44,063 bases of DNA from Convolutriloba macropyga (Eukaryota): NCBI RefSeq assembly GCF_964194025.1, contig NC_134469.1:72373938-72418000 (forward strand). The letters are read 5' to 3'. The position numbers and the translations under genes were made by a program. The notes below the pieces were generated by a model. That model saw nothing but the letters and a program-made list of their open reading frames with translations, made no database searches and was not told where the DNA came from. The stretch's first letter is position 1. The number at the start of each line of letters is the position of its first letter. Shown here in pieces: positions 11,301 to 23,200 of this stretch.

Positions 11301-14300
11301 AGCTGCGCATTTAGCGCGTTTGGCCATGCCTCGCGGGCTATGGCCATACCTCAGCGGCCCGTGGGACTTGATATGAAACTATCACAACCGAGCAAATTGT
11401 CACGACCAAAATTCAATTTTAAAGTGGGGGTTTATTTCCGTGGGGGTTTATTACCTATCTAAAGTTAAGTGGGCAACTAATTTCAGGCAAGTTAACTACC
11501 AGTTTAAATTTTATTTGACAACACTTTTCACACAAAATTGAGGGCTTTTCGACTCTTCATAAGGCAAAAATCTTTGCCAAAAACATTGGCGGTATGAAGC
11601 GTAAAAAGCTCCTCATAAATTACAAATTGGTTACTATTTTAGGTACTACTCATTTAATCAGTAATTTTGAGTTTGTCTGGTTAAGTTTTATCAAAAACAT
11701 ATGCATATCAACATGACGTGAGATTTACTGTTAATTTAAAAAAATATATGAACTTAAAAGAATCAACAACAATTTTGACTTATCTTCATATCAAATGAAG
11801 CTTTATTTCAAAGGCAAAATACTACGAAGGAATTTTTTTTCAGATTGTAAAACATTGTCAAGATAGGGCGAAAATATTGAACGCTGTTTGGACTCAAAAT
11901 CTCAAAAACTGTAAATACGAAATTAAAAGTAAGACATCAAAAAACAAATAGAAAAATTCTGAAGATATACAACTATTTCAAAAATACAAAACAGAAAACC
12001 ACAAACATTTCAACGAGTCACCAAAGATTGCTCTCTCAAATAAAATTGTTGAAAAGGTCACTTAGAATTTGCGAAATCAGAATCATCTTTTCTGCTCGCG
12101 AACAAATTGTCCAAACAAATTGAAAAAATTGCCTTCTCATCCTAAATAAATTAAGTATGAAAAAATTACATAGGTAAATTCTTCTTGCTTTGGCGTGACA
12201 AAAACATCTGAAAGAAAGTATTTTCAGCGAATATTACTTCCTAAACGTCTGAAAACATCTAATGAATTTCAAAAATGAATTATAATAGAATATTTAAATT
12301 AAGTTGGAAATTAAGCTCAAGTAGAGTTCCACTACTACAATAATTGTTACAAAATGTCACGTTAGAAACAGCAAAGTCTGAAACAACTGCAGACAAAAAA
12401 AAATCTGCCAAAATTCTGAGAACTGAATTGTGATTCTAAAATTTAGCAAAAATATAAGGAGTGAGAAAAACAAATTCTCTTTTTGCAGCATTTATTTAAA
12501 GCAAATGATACGCAAAAATGAAAGTTATTGAAAAAATTTTTGTTGCCAAACACAGAAAGATATTATTTTGCTATTAATCCCGTTTGGAATCTTTTATATT
12601 AACTTGCTTAGAATGGCACCTTTAAGCGACAAAAATGGATTTTTTCGCAATAACAACTGGAAAAAAATTTAGTGTTCAAAAACTGTTTGCAAAACAATTT
12701 TTCCAGATGAATTATAATCATAACACACTTTACGTACTCATTTGTCTAAAATATGGAATAGGGCATCTGATCAGAAGCTAAAAATTGGTACATTTCAAAG
12801 CAGATAAAAAGCAATTATTCGTGCTTCAAAAAGTGATCAAGTGATTTTAAATCAATTTAGTATTTACAAAATTTTTTAATCTAAAAAGTTTACGGAAATT
12901 GGAATCAGAGAATCTCCGGAAATAACTCAGACTCTTGCAAAAAAAAACAAAAGAACACTGTCTTTTTAAAATATTGATCGAACAATTCTACGAGAAGAAA
13001 TAAAAACTGTACAGAATAAGCGTTCCCAATTTAATTAAAGATTGAGTATAGTCAAACTGATGTATGGATAGGGGCCAAACCGAAAGAAAACAAAATTGAT
13101 CAGACTGAACGGCCCAACTCAACTATGGGCCAGAAGAAGCCGCGTGACGGAAATTTTGTCTAGGCTATGAGCTCGGCCGGAGAGGACACACTTGTGGCGA
13201 CCCAAGTCGAGGGCCACATGTTGGGTAGCGCAACTTTAAAAAAAATGTCATCTGCTGTATACAATAACGCGCATCTTTTTGTGAACACTCTTGGTAGATA
13301 TTCTAAAATCGTTTATGCTTTCATATAAGATATATCTTAGTTTGGTCTTGTAATATTAGTACAAAACCGCATGAGTTTTTGGATCAATATGACCTATGAC
13401 CGATCTTTGATTGATTGCTAAGGATTTTTGACCCCCTAACCATTCCTTTCTGTAGCTTAATTTCAGAATCAGTGCTTCCCACGCATCACCAATGGAAGAC
13501 TTAGTGGCTCTCCCACAGAGGAATCTTCTTCAGATTTAGCATGCTAGAAAAGTGTCATCATTCGAAGCGAGTAAATTTCCATATGAACATTTTGGCAAAT
13601 TCTGAGACGGGTATCGATTAAAAAAAGAACTAAAGAACAGAAGCGGACGTATTTAAGTGCTCAAAAGATCTAATATTGACAGCATCGCAACAAAATTCCT
13701 TGATATTTTTTAAGAATCTTGTTTGATCTGTTGTGGCATGCTAGGTTACAAGTAGAACACTTTTATATATGAATTATAAAGACAACTAAGACAACAGATT
13801 ATTTTGTTTCAGAGGCTAAATAAGGGGTTTGGACAATTTTCATGGTCCGCTATTTTATTCATAATCATTCTATGTTAACTACATAAGTATGTTAAAAGGA
13901 TTCCATAAAACAGTTTATGACTCAGGATGATTACTATGAATCATATATGAACTTGAGAATAAAAGTTGAATTAATACAAATCTTTCCAATACAAGTTGAA
14001 TTAATTCGGAATCAAAAGTTTTTGCTCATTAAAAGTTCAAATAAGGGAGTGTTTGTTTTGTAGAAGAATTCTTCATTTTTCTCAATCGCTCTCTATAACA
14101 TCAGTCCTGTTCTTAAATTTCAGAATTCTTCTCTCTTCAATCTTCATTGAGCTCTTGAAAATTATTTATGTTCTCCCCGCTCGTTGGGTGAGACAATATG
14201 TTGCTCATTCCTATGGACATAACTGCCCATGGCATCGCTATTGCTTCTTGGCTACTAATTAACAAATTATTTACTCACAGAGAGTTGTGATTGTTGTGAT

Positions 14301-17209
14301 TCTCGTCCACTAGAGGCAGACTCCTCTGGTATCTCTGGTTGCAGTCGAAGAACTTGAGTCGGCTGATGTCACTGTGGTTGTCAGCTACAATGACCTCACC
14401 ATTGCTCAAAGCAGCCACACAATCTGGCAACTCTGTCACCCTCAGTCGGTAGTGGAACCTGTTGCAATTGCCCAATACTTTAGCCTGAACTCCGGTTAAA
14501 TTCAGATTTTCATCTTGAGAAATTAATAACAAAACGAGAAACCTCCTCATGACAATAAAAATAGTCGAAGGCTACATTCAATTGATTTGGCTATCTATTT
14601 TGTTCGCCTTCACCCACAGTCCTAGAAAACCAGTCTTTTACAAGAACTAATTGGTCATTAGAGATCATTTATATTAAAGATGCTAATTTGCTGGTATTAG
14701 CGGAAGAATAAACGGAATTTTGCTTTCGATTCTCGAAGATTCGGTAAAATCCATTGAATGAAAAAAGTTTGAATGAATCCATTTAAATGAGAAAAGGTTA
14801 AAGCACGCATAATTCATTGTGTGCTTACATATTAATAAGCAAAGTTTCAAAATATGGGGGCTCAATTAACAAGATGACAAATCGAATGGACAGATTTTGT
14901 TTCAACTGGACAAAAATTGGATGCACCTTCATTGTAAATAATTGCTTAAACATTTCTACTTCTTTAATACGTACCTCAGCCAGGAGCTGAGCTTTAAAAG
15001 TTACGGACAAGCATTCTTTTTGACGAATTGAATTGCTCCTTTTGAAAGAGGATTGGGATGTGTTTGGGGTGGAAAGTTTTTTTTTCACATCATTACACAA
15101 GAGAAGAAATACGATTGGATCTTTCCAAATTCATCCCCTTTCCCAACCAATAATTCCAAGTTCTAGACACTCGAGGAATTGGTCTGCAGACGCCCATTAC
15201 ATTATCTCTTAGGTACCCTGTATTCAAAGCAGCATCCAACTAAAGCATTAACTTTTTCGTCACTCATTCAATTGGATAGAAATGGACAGTTTATAGAAGA
15301 GCCGCACGATTACTTGAACTGGAAAAATTATTTTCTGTGGCCAAATGCATCTTACGAATAAGCAACAGAGGAGGTAAAACGCATAAGAGAAACAACGACC
15401 AGAAAAAATTAGATAGAATAGATTGTTTAAATTGCGGAGATTTTGATGGTTTATGACTAGAGGCCTCATCCATGAAACAAGCTAAGCATTCAAGACAAAC
15501 TGAGCTGGATGAAACTGTTAGGAGGGCCAATAATTTGTTTTCAAGTTCAGAAGTTCTTGGTGACGTACTCCAGCGTCAAGTTTTTGTTAGTTTTGCACAT
15601 GATATTACTGAGCCTGATTGAGATCAAATACAGAGGACAGTCTGATCAGAGGCTATTGTTGTCTGAGACTTTTTTAATTTGACGTCACCTGGTGAGACGT
15701 TGATTACGAGTCACCTTACGGTCTCAGACGCTCTGATCTGGGGTTATTTTGGTCTGATCTGAGTGAGAGTGTTCCATCTGGTTTACTCCTATTTTAAACC
15801 ATCGCTATCAATGATTTCACACTGCGATCTACCTGTTGTTCTAATACACACGTACCTACTGAGTACTCCTAGACTGTTGATAGCAAGGTAGTGGCTTGTG
15901 AGGATGCTTCTCTGCTCGGAGTGTCCAGAAAGCTTGCCATTGATGAAGACACCCACTGTTGTGTGACTGGTCGAACTTCTTCTGAACAGACATTAAACAC
16001 CCCCCACTGACATAACAGTAATGCTATGGTTAAATAGGAAGATCATTAGTTAGAAGTCATTTAAAATGAGCACCCCTAAGAAATAAAAATTGGCCCGTTA
16101 TGCGTTTGAGATTGCTTTTTTTATGCAACCCAAGCCCACACTTGGGTCACCAGATTTCACAAAATGACCTTTTCCCGTACCAAACCCCCACAGCCTATCA
16201 GGCCTGAATCAGAGATTTTAGAGAGGCCAATTCTTGGCAGAGAGATGTCAAGATTTTGGTAGGGGAACCAAGACTTGAGACCCCTCTGGGCAGAGAGACC
16301 CAAGACTTGGGATTTCTCTGTCAATAGAAACCTCAGAGATCGACTCTGGAGTGTTCTTTTAGCAGCCTTGTATTTGACCTGATCAGACTCTGAATCAGGC
16401 CTGAGACCTTCCCTGATTTTTTTCTGAATCAGTCGTGATTGTCTCTGTAAGTATGGTACGGGTTGGCATTTTTAATTAGTGAAAACTGGCGACAATGCTT
16501 GTGCCTTCCATTCCACGATATAAATAGCTTGGTTCCACACAGATGGAAGCAAGCTCGTTAGTCAAACAAATACTAAGCAAAGCAGTATCAGGATTCCTAT
16601 TATGACCGGTTGACTCAGCGCTCAGCTCAACCACTTTTCTATTACCATCTATCGAGATTTGATACGTGCTCTGGTTCGAAATCTAAGAGCAGTTAACTGA
16701 ATCATGAAGTGTTGGAAATAATTAAATGGGTTCCACATACCTAAAACTCATTTAAGTTCACCGAAATTATCGCCCCGGACAGCAACTTGAATACGATACG
16801 CGTTACAAGCGGTAAAGATAAAATCTATATTCCAAGACCTCAAAATTATGTTGATATCCAATAACAGACTATCAATATAAACAACAATCAAGAAAACAGG
16901 CGGTAAGCTTTTCAGGATAAAAAATAGTTTTCGCTAAATCTTTTTTCTAATCAAAAGATTTGTGTAAATATACGTTAATTGTGCTGGTATCTATTGCCAT
17001 GAAAGTAAGAAAAGAAAAAAGAATGACGAAAAGAAAAAGAGCATGAATAATTAAATTTAGCCCAACAAAAAGAGAAAAAGAATAGAGAAGTCGGCCAAGC
17101 AGCGAGACCTTAAACTGTTCATAATTGAGGACGTCAGTCCACAGCTTCAGAGAAAGATGGCAACTATGTTGTTATTGCAGCAGCTCTGATGCAGTACACT
17201 TGTACACGA

Positions 17210-17297
<88 letters not shown>

Positions 17298-20200
17298 AAG
17301 TAAAAAAAACCGCAAAAACGAATTTGGATCTAGCAAATTCGGCAACTGCAGATAAATTAGTTCAACACTAACATTTGAAATTTGTTTTATTTCAGTGTTG
17401 CTGGTATATAAATTGATAAAAGTAATTTTGCAAAGATGGCTATCTTTCAAAGGAGCTCAAAAACAAAATTACTAAAATTATGAAGGAGGCAGTCGACAAT
17501 TCAAGAATTGGATTCCAACAAACAAATATTAGTTTTAATTGGTTTTGGACCTCTTTGGTTAGAATTTATTATGCCATAAATTTGCTAAAATATTATTTCT
17601 TCAAGAATTGTACTTGGACCTCTATTGTTTTTCATCTATATCAACAATATGACTTCTGTGCTGAACAACACAACAATTAATTTCTTTGCTGACAACGCAG
17701 CATGTTTAAATACATGTTCGTCAGCCGACGATAGAACCAAAATTTATCTCAGATCTAAAATTGGAAAAGAATTTTTCACTTCCCATAAAGTTGAGGTGAA
17801 TGGTGGGAAAACACAAACAAAGTCAAATCACATTAGTCATTTTGCGATCTCAAAGACAAAAGAACAAGTCTAACCAGAACTCAACTTGAAAACGGGTTTT
17901 CACTACAAAGGAAGACAATAATATATTTTTTTAATTCTTGAAAGACTGTGTTTACACGGTGGATTTTATACTATCCAATAAAATTCCATTAAAAACTTTG
18001 GACTGTATTTGCATAATTTTTGCGATAACTACATTAAAAAAATATACAACAAACTATAATGTTTTATACTATAAAACAAGGAGGCTCGTTAATGTGCGTT
18101 AGCACATGATGTTCCGACCCGAGCTCATCTACATTTTTGACCTAATTGTCAACCAAATGAAGAGATAATCAAAAACATATGTTTGAGTTAAAAAAATCTT
18201 TTTAAACCCAAACTACTAATTGAATTACATAATGTCATGCTTCATGAAGGCACTCACAAGATCTGCCATTAAGAAGAATACGAGAAAAAAAACAACAAAA
18301 TCAGCAACAACAAAAAGAAACTCAATATCTAAACTTAAAAGCAACGTGTAATAACGTCAAAATGCAATCGGATAAAACCTTAGCTACACAAATTTACTCT
18401 TTTTTAACTACACAGCAGATGGGATTTTTCCTTGATGGTACTAGGTAACAAGTCGACACAAAGAAATAAAGAGGCAAACTTCAAAAATCGATCAACATTT
18501 TAAAAAACAATTCATAACCTCATACGTCTAAAAAACCCTAAGCCTTTAATGAATTCATTCTTGATAAAGTTACAAAAAAGTCTTTAAGAAACCGATACGA
18601 CCTGTATTTGTGTAGAATAAGCCATAGAAATTGTAGAAAATCAAATTGCAAAAACAAATTACAGAAGCCATCAAAATCATAAGATTTATCTGAAAATTGT
18701 TTCTCTTATTTCAATTATTATCTATACTATATCCACTGAAATTTTACTGAACGATAAAATAAATTCACTTGGTCTATATTTGAAAATCATATGGATCTGT
18801 TATTACGCGAAAAAAGATAATTCTAGAAAAGAACAACAAAAACAGAAAAAATTAAAGAACTTTGAAAACGAAAAATATCCTAAACTTTCACGGTTTTCGC
18901 TGTACACTGACTGCATTGAGTGAAATCATTAATTCGATCCTCAACAGGCTGCTTATTAGACCTCTCAGCGTTTTAGAGCTACAAAAAGAATAAAGAACAG
19001 TCAAAAACAGCAAAGTAAAAAAAGAGAGAGAAAAGTGTCGAAGCCATTAAAAAGTGAACTTTTCAGTAAAGGCTTTCCCGCTTTATTTCTTTTATAACAG
19101 CAACAAGATGCTTCCTCGTTCCAAAAGCTGACTTCGAAAAATCAACAAAAGCGAACAAGCATATCAAAACCACGAAATTTTTACGAAAAACACGTAAAAT
19201 CAACGCCAATGAAATCAATAACTTTCAAAGGAAATCAATAAACACGCTAAGTTATGCGTCGATGGGAAGACTATGATGTTTGTCATTAATAATTCATCAA
19301 TAGGACATCAGAATAAGTCCTATGGTTATGAAAACAACAACAACAAATACAGGCAAAAACCAAAAATTCTTTAGAAAAGTGCGAGAAATTGCGAAAACTC
19401 ATGGCATCGAACTCATAAAACCAATAGTTGGACGTCAAAAGGGGTAATCAGATAAATTAAGGTTGCAGTAGAAAAGAAAGAGGTCTTGTCATTAGCGAAA
19501 ATGATATAGAATTCAAAAAATAGGTTTAAGATTGGTTAATGTTCAAAAAACAATTCGAAAAATTATTTTCAATATCTTAACAACCATTAGCTGTCCACTC
19601 AAAGCATTAGATAGGTTCACTTAATGCTCTTTAGGGTCCTATTACAAATTTAGTCAACGCGTCTAAGTTATACGATTATAAAAATGTAGGAAAAATCTCA
19701 AAAAGAGAATCAAAGGTTCAGTAAACATTACGAAAAAGTCATAGAAGCCAGAAGAAAACAAAAGCGATCCCTCGAAAACGATTTTTTTTTCATTGGGCTT
19801 CATTTGTCTGTAAGTGAAGTTCGTCATTAACGGAATCTTGATATGGAAAATGACTAGGCTATAAGTAACTTTAAGAAACAAAAAAATGCAAAAAAATTTC
19901 TAAAAAACAGCTCTCAAAGAGATTTCGAATTTTTTTTGTAAAATTACCCATGAGACCAAAACTATCACTTTGTCGTCTTTCGTTTATTAGGAATGGCAAA
20001 ATGTTTCATTTAGTAGCGCGAAAAGTGGTCTTGATTTGATATTTTAATAGAAACAATCTTAATTTGAACGAAAATTAAGCTACAAGTGAACAAAATCATG
20101 CCAAATGTCCTGTGTTCACACAAAAGTTTAAACATCGATAACTCCTCGGAAAAAAGAAGTTCAAAAAAACTTTTTAATTCCTAACCTTACGTTGCACGAG

Positions 20201-23200
20201 CTTTTTAATGATACCACTCACATTTCTCTACGATGAATATATCGATCGGCCAAAATTCTCTAAACAAAAAAAAATCCATTTGAGTATATAGTTCCTCCCC
20301 CCACAAGTGGGGTCGGAGCAAAAATGACAGCAAACCTTGCACTGCCTTCCTTGACGTGTTTCTTGCAAAACCTCCCATAAATAATTTTTAAAGTTCTACG
20401 GCTCTCCTTTGAAAAGCATTGCGTTTTTTAAGAGTCTGTTCCGAAAGAAAAGAAACTTTGTAAAAAATTCTTTATTTAAATTCAATTTTTATTATTATCG
20501 AGACTCAGCATTTTCAAAGCCATTCTTTATTACATCGAATATCTAGAAAAATGTGTATAAAACTAGCGTTTACTATGCAAAACCATTTGATTAGTTACAA
20601 AATCCAGGTCGAAAGAATTAACAAAATGTTTCCAAAATCTCCAAAATCTTAAAGCAGGACAAGTATTATTGCTAATGACAATGCTACAACGAGAAATAAG
20701 ATTTGGTTAAAACCATCAATTCAAAACTCAGAAGTTCGATTCTTTTTTTTGCACAGAAATGAAGTCAAAATGTGCTTTTGCAACAAAAAGTAATAAATTA
20801 ATAGTCCTTATCTAGAATAATGTTTTAATACATATCCACATTCTTTCAACGAAACTTTAAAACGCAGACAACGACCCATATTTAAGATTACAAATTTATT
20901 TTTCATAAATGGAATAAATAGTTCACTCGGACACTTACCTATCGTCCAACTTGTCAACTATTGTGGGGGTTGAAATTAGAGGACTTTTTGCCGGAGATTT
21001 GCTGGTACTGTGACGTCTTTGCAACAGATTGGCAATGTTGGGTGAGCGATTCCTAAGATCAGCTGGAATGTCCGGCAGATTGGGAACGTCAGACAATGAA
21101 TGTTCTTCATCCTCTTCCGCGTCATCCTTTTCATCGCCAATTGTGACGTCATTGTCGATAACTGATGAATCCTCGGAGTGATTGCGAGGACTGTTAGACA
21201 CTCTTGAATCCGGATCGTCAGTTGCGGACCAGTGATCCTGGGCTAGTTCTGAGTGATAGACACCGGCATCTTCGCTTTGCGTTGTCTGGTACTGCTCATT
21301 CGCGTCAACATCGTCAGTAGTGAATTGATAGTTGATGTTTTCTGTCCCATTCAGTCCGGCTGGTTCTTGATAGCTGTCTCTGTCTGATGTCACAATGGAC
21401 TCAATGTCAAGTTGACTAACCCTCGATGGACTTGGAGCAGATACTTCAAGCGAGTTTTGGCTACGCTAAACAGTGAAACTCTTTCGTTTTCAGATTTATC
21501 ATTCAATCAGCACTGCAATCTGCGTTTCCAATTAAAATGAATTATTTTTATTTGTTTTCGAAAACTGCGCTAGCCATTTAAATCGATCACATTTGTGAGT
21601 CAGAAATAATTTTTTTTCACTGCGTACAAAATATACGGAGTTGTATTTAATGTTCCAACATTTTTCAAAATCGGGGAATATATATATGCAAGGCCGGCAT
21701 TTTTCATCGCATGCAGAGATAGAGAAGCGATAGGGAAGCTTGAAAAGAAAAACAGGAAAAGGAAGAGAATGGGTGTGGGGGTAATAAATTATATATATAA
21801 TTTTATTGTGATAAATTGTTAATACGTTATAATAATGCATAGGTTGTAATAAAAATCAAATGTTCCGATGACGTCTTAAATTTTTAAAAAATAATTGGAA
21901 TTTTCTATTATTTTAGATGTTCTTCAGCTATTTACGAGCTATTTAGCAATTTGACAGAGTATTTTTCTACAAAAAGTAATCAGAAGCTTGCACATCAAAC
22001 GTCAATAAAATGAAAACTAGCCAAGAGTTACATAATATCAGTTTCATTTCACGGATCAAAATTTTTGGATCAAGCAAATGAAAAAACTTCAGAGAAAAAG
22101 GTTTTAATTCACACGTTCAAGCAGTCATTTTACTGATTAAGAATACAATGATTATCTCAGATCGGCAAATATACTCCCAATCTCATAACATATCTTCATG
22201 GATCTTGTGATGTTAAACAAATTTGTGGCAGGTAAACTTCCACTTCCGGCAGTGCAATTTTGGGAAATGAAAAATGGACATCTCAAAACACAATCTAACG
22301 AGAAGAAATTTTAATACTTTTCCAATCAAAGTCCATATTCAAGTCCTTTCAAATTCAAAAGAGAAGTCAGAGAATACCTATTTGATTTAGATAAGCAAAA
22401 TTTTAAGTGTAAATCATACCCATACGGATACACAGTGTGTGAAATAAATCAAATTAAAAACCCGTTAGCCACTCATTAATCTTGGTGAAAACAAGTACAG
22501 GGAATTTTATTATTATTATTGTTATTATTATTATTATTATCCTTAATGTTTTTGTTTTTATTATTAGCCATTTCGTTGTTTTTTTTTGCATTCATTGGGA
22601 TTTGAGAGGACGCTTTTTCTCAAAACACTTCTGGTTTTTAGAATATTGCCGTTTTTGTATTGTAAAACAGTGTTTTTTTATTGGAGAGAAAAGACTAAAA
22701 ATCACAATTTTCTATTTTTCGCCTGTTTCAGGAATTTTTCAAAATTTTCTTCATTAAAGGAAAATTCGAGGAGCGTTGAATGGTTGAAGGACTTTTGATG
22801 CTTTAAATTGCACAGAAGAGAAAACAATTTTCTTAAGATGTTCTAGTATCTTAAAAAATCAAAGGAATTTTTGATTTTTTAAATTAGTCGTGTTTATAAA
22901 AAAAATAATTTTTCTTTTTGTTGGGTGAATTTTAAAAATTTTGTAAATCAGTTTATTAAGTACTAGTTTATCGAAAAACTGTGTTTTTGTCATAGAGCAC
23001 TCTTCGGGTAAGTTCCCGAATTCATCCAACTATGTTTTTTTCATTGAACCATTCAATGACGTTTTTTGTTTTCACGTCCAATTTCCGACTCAGCCAACTT
23101 CTTTTTTCTACTGAGAAAAAATTTAGAATATTTGCACATTGCTGTACGAAAAGTAATGTACACAAGCCTATCCAAAGCAACGAAATCAAAAATAAAAAAT

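Noticed and set aside
14825-15100. Extra NHL exon ending at donor GAG|gtacgt (~14975)
   Set aside because: The donor is phase 0 in the ORF frame while the neighbours need phase 2, and I found no convincing acceptor; exons 3 and 4 already join cleanly.
17125-17450. ORFs with VC or TH dipeptide runs
   Set aside because: Translations of the (TG)n microsatellite.
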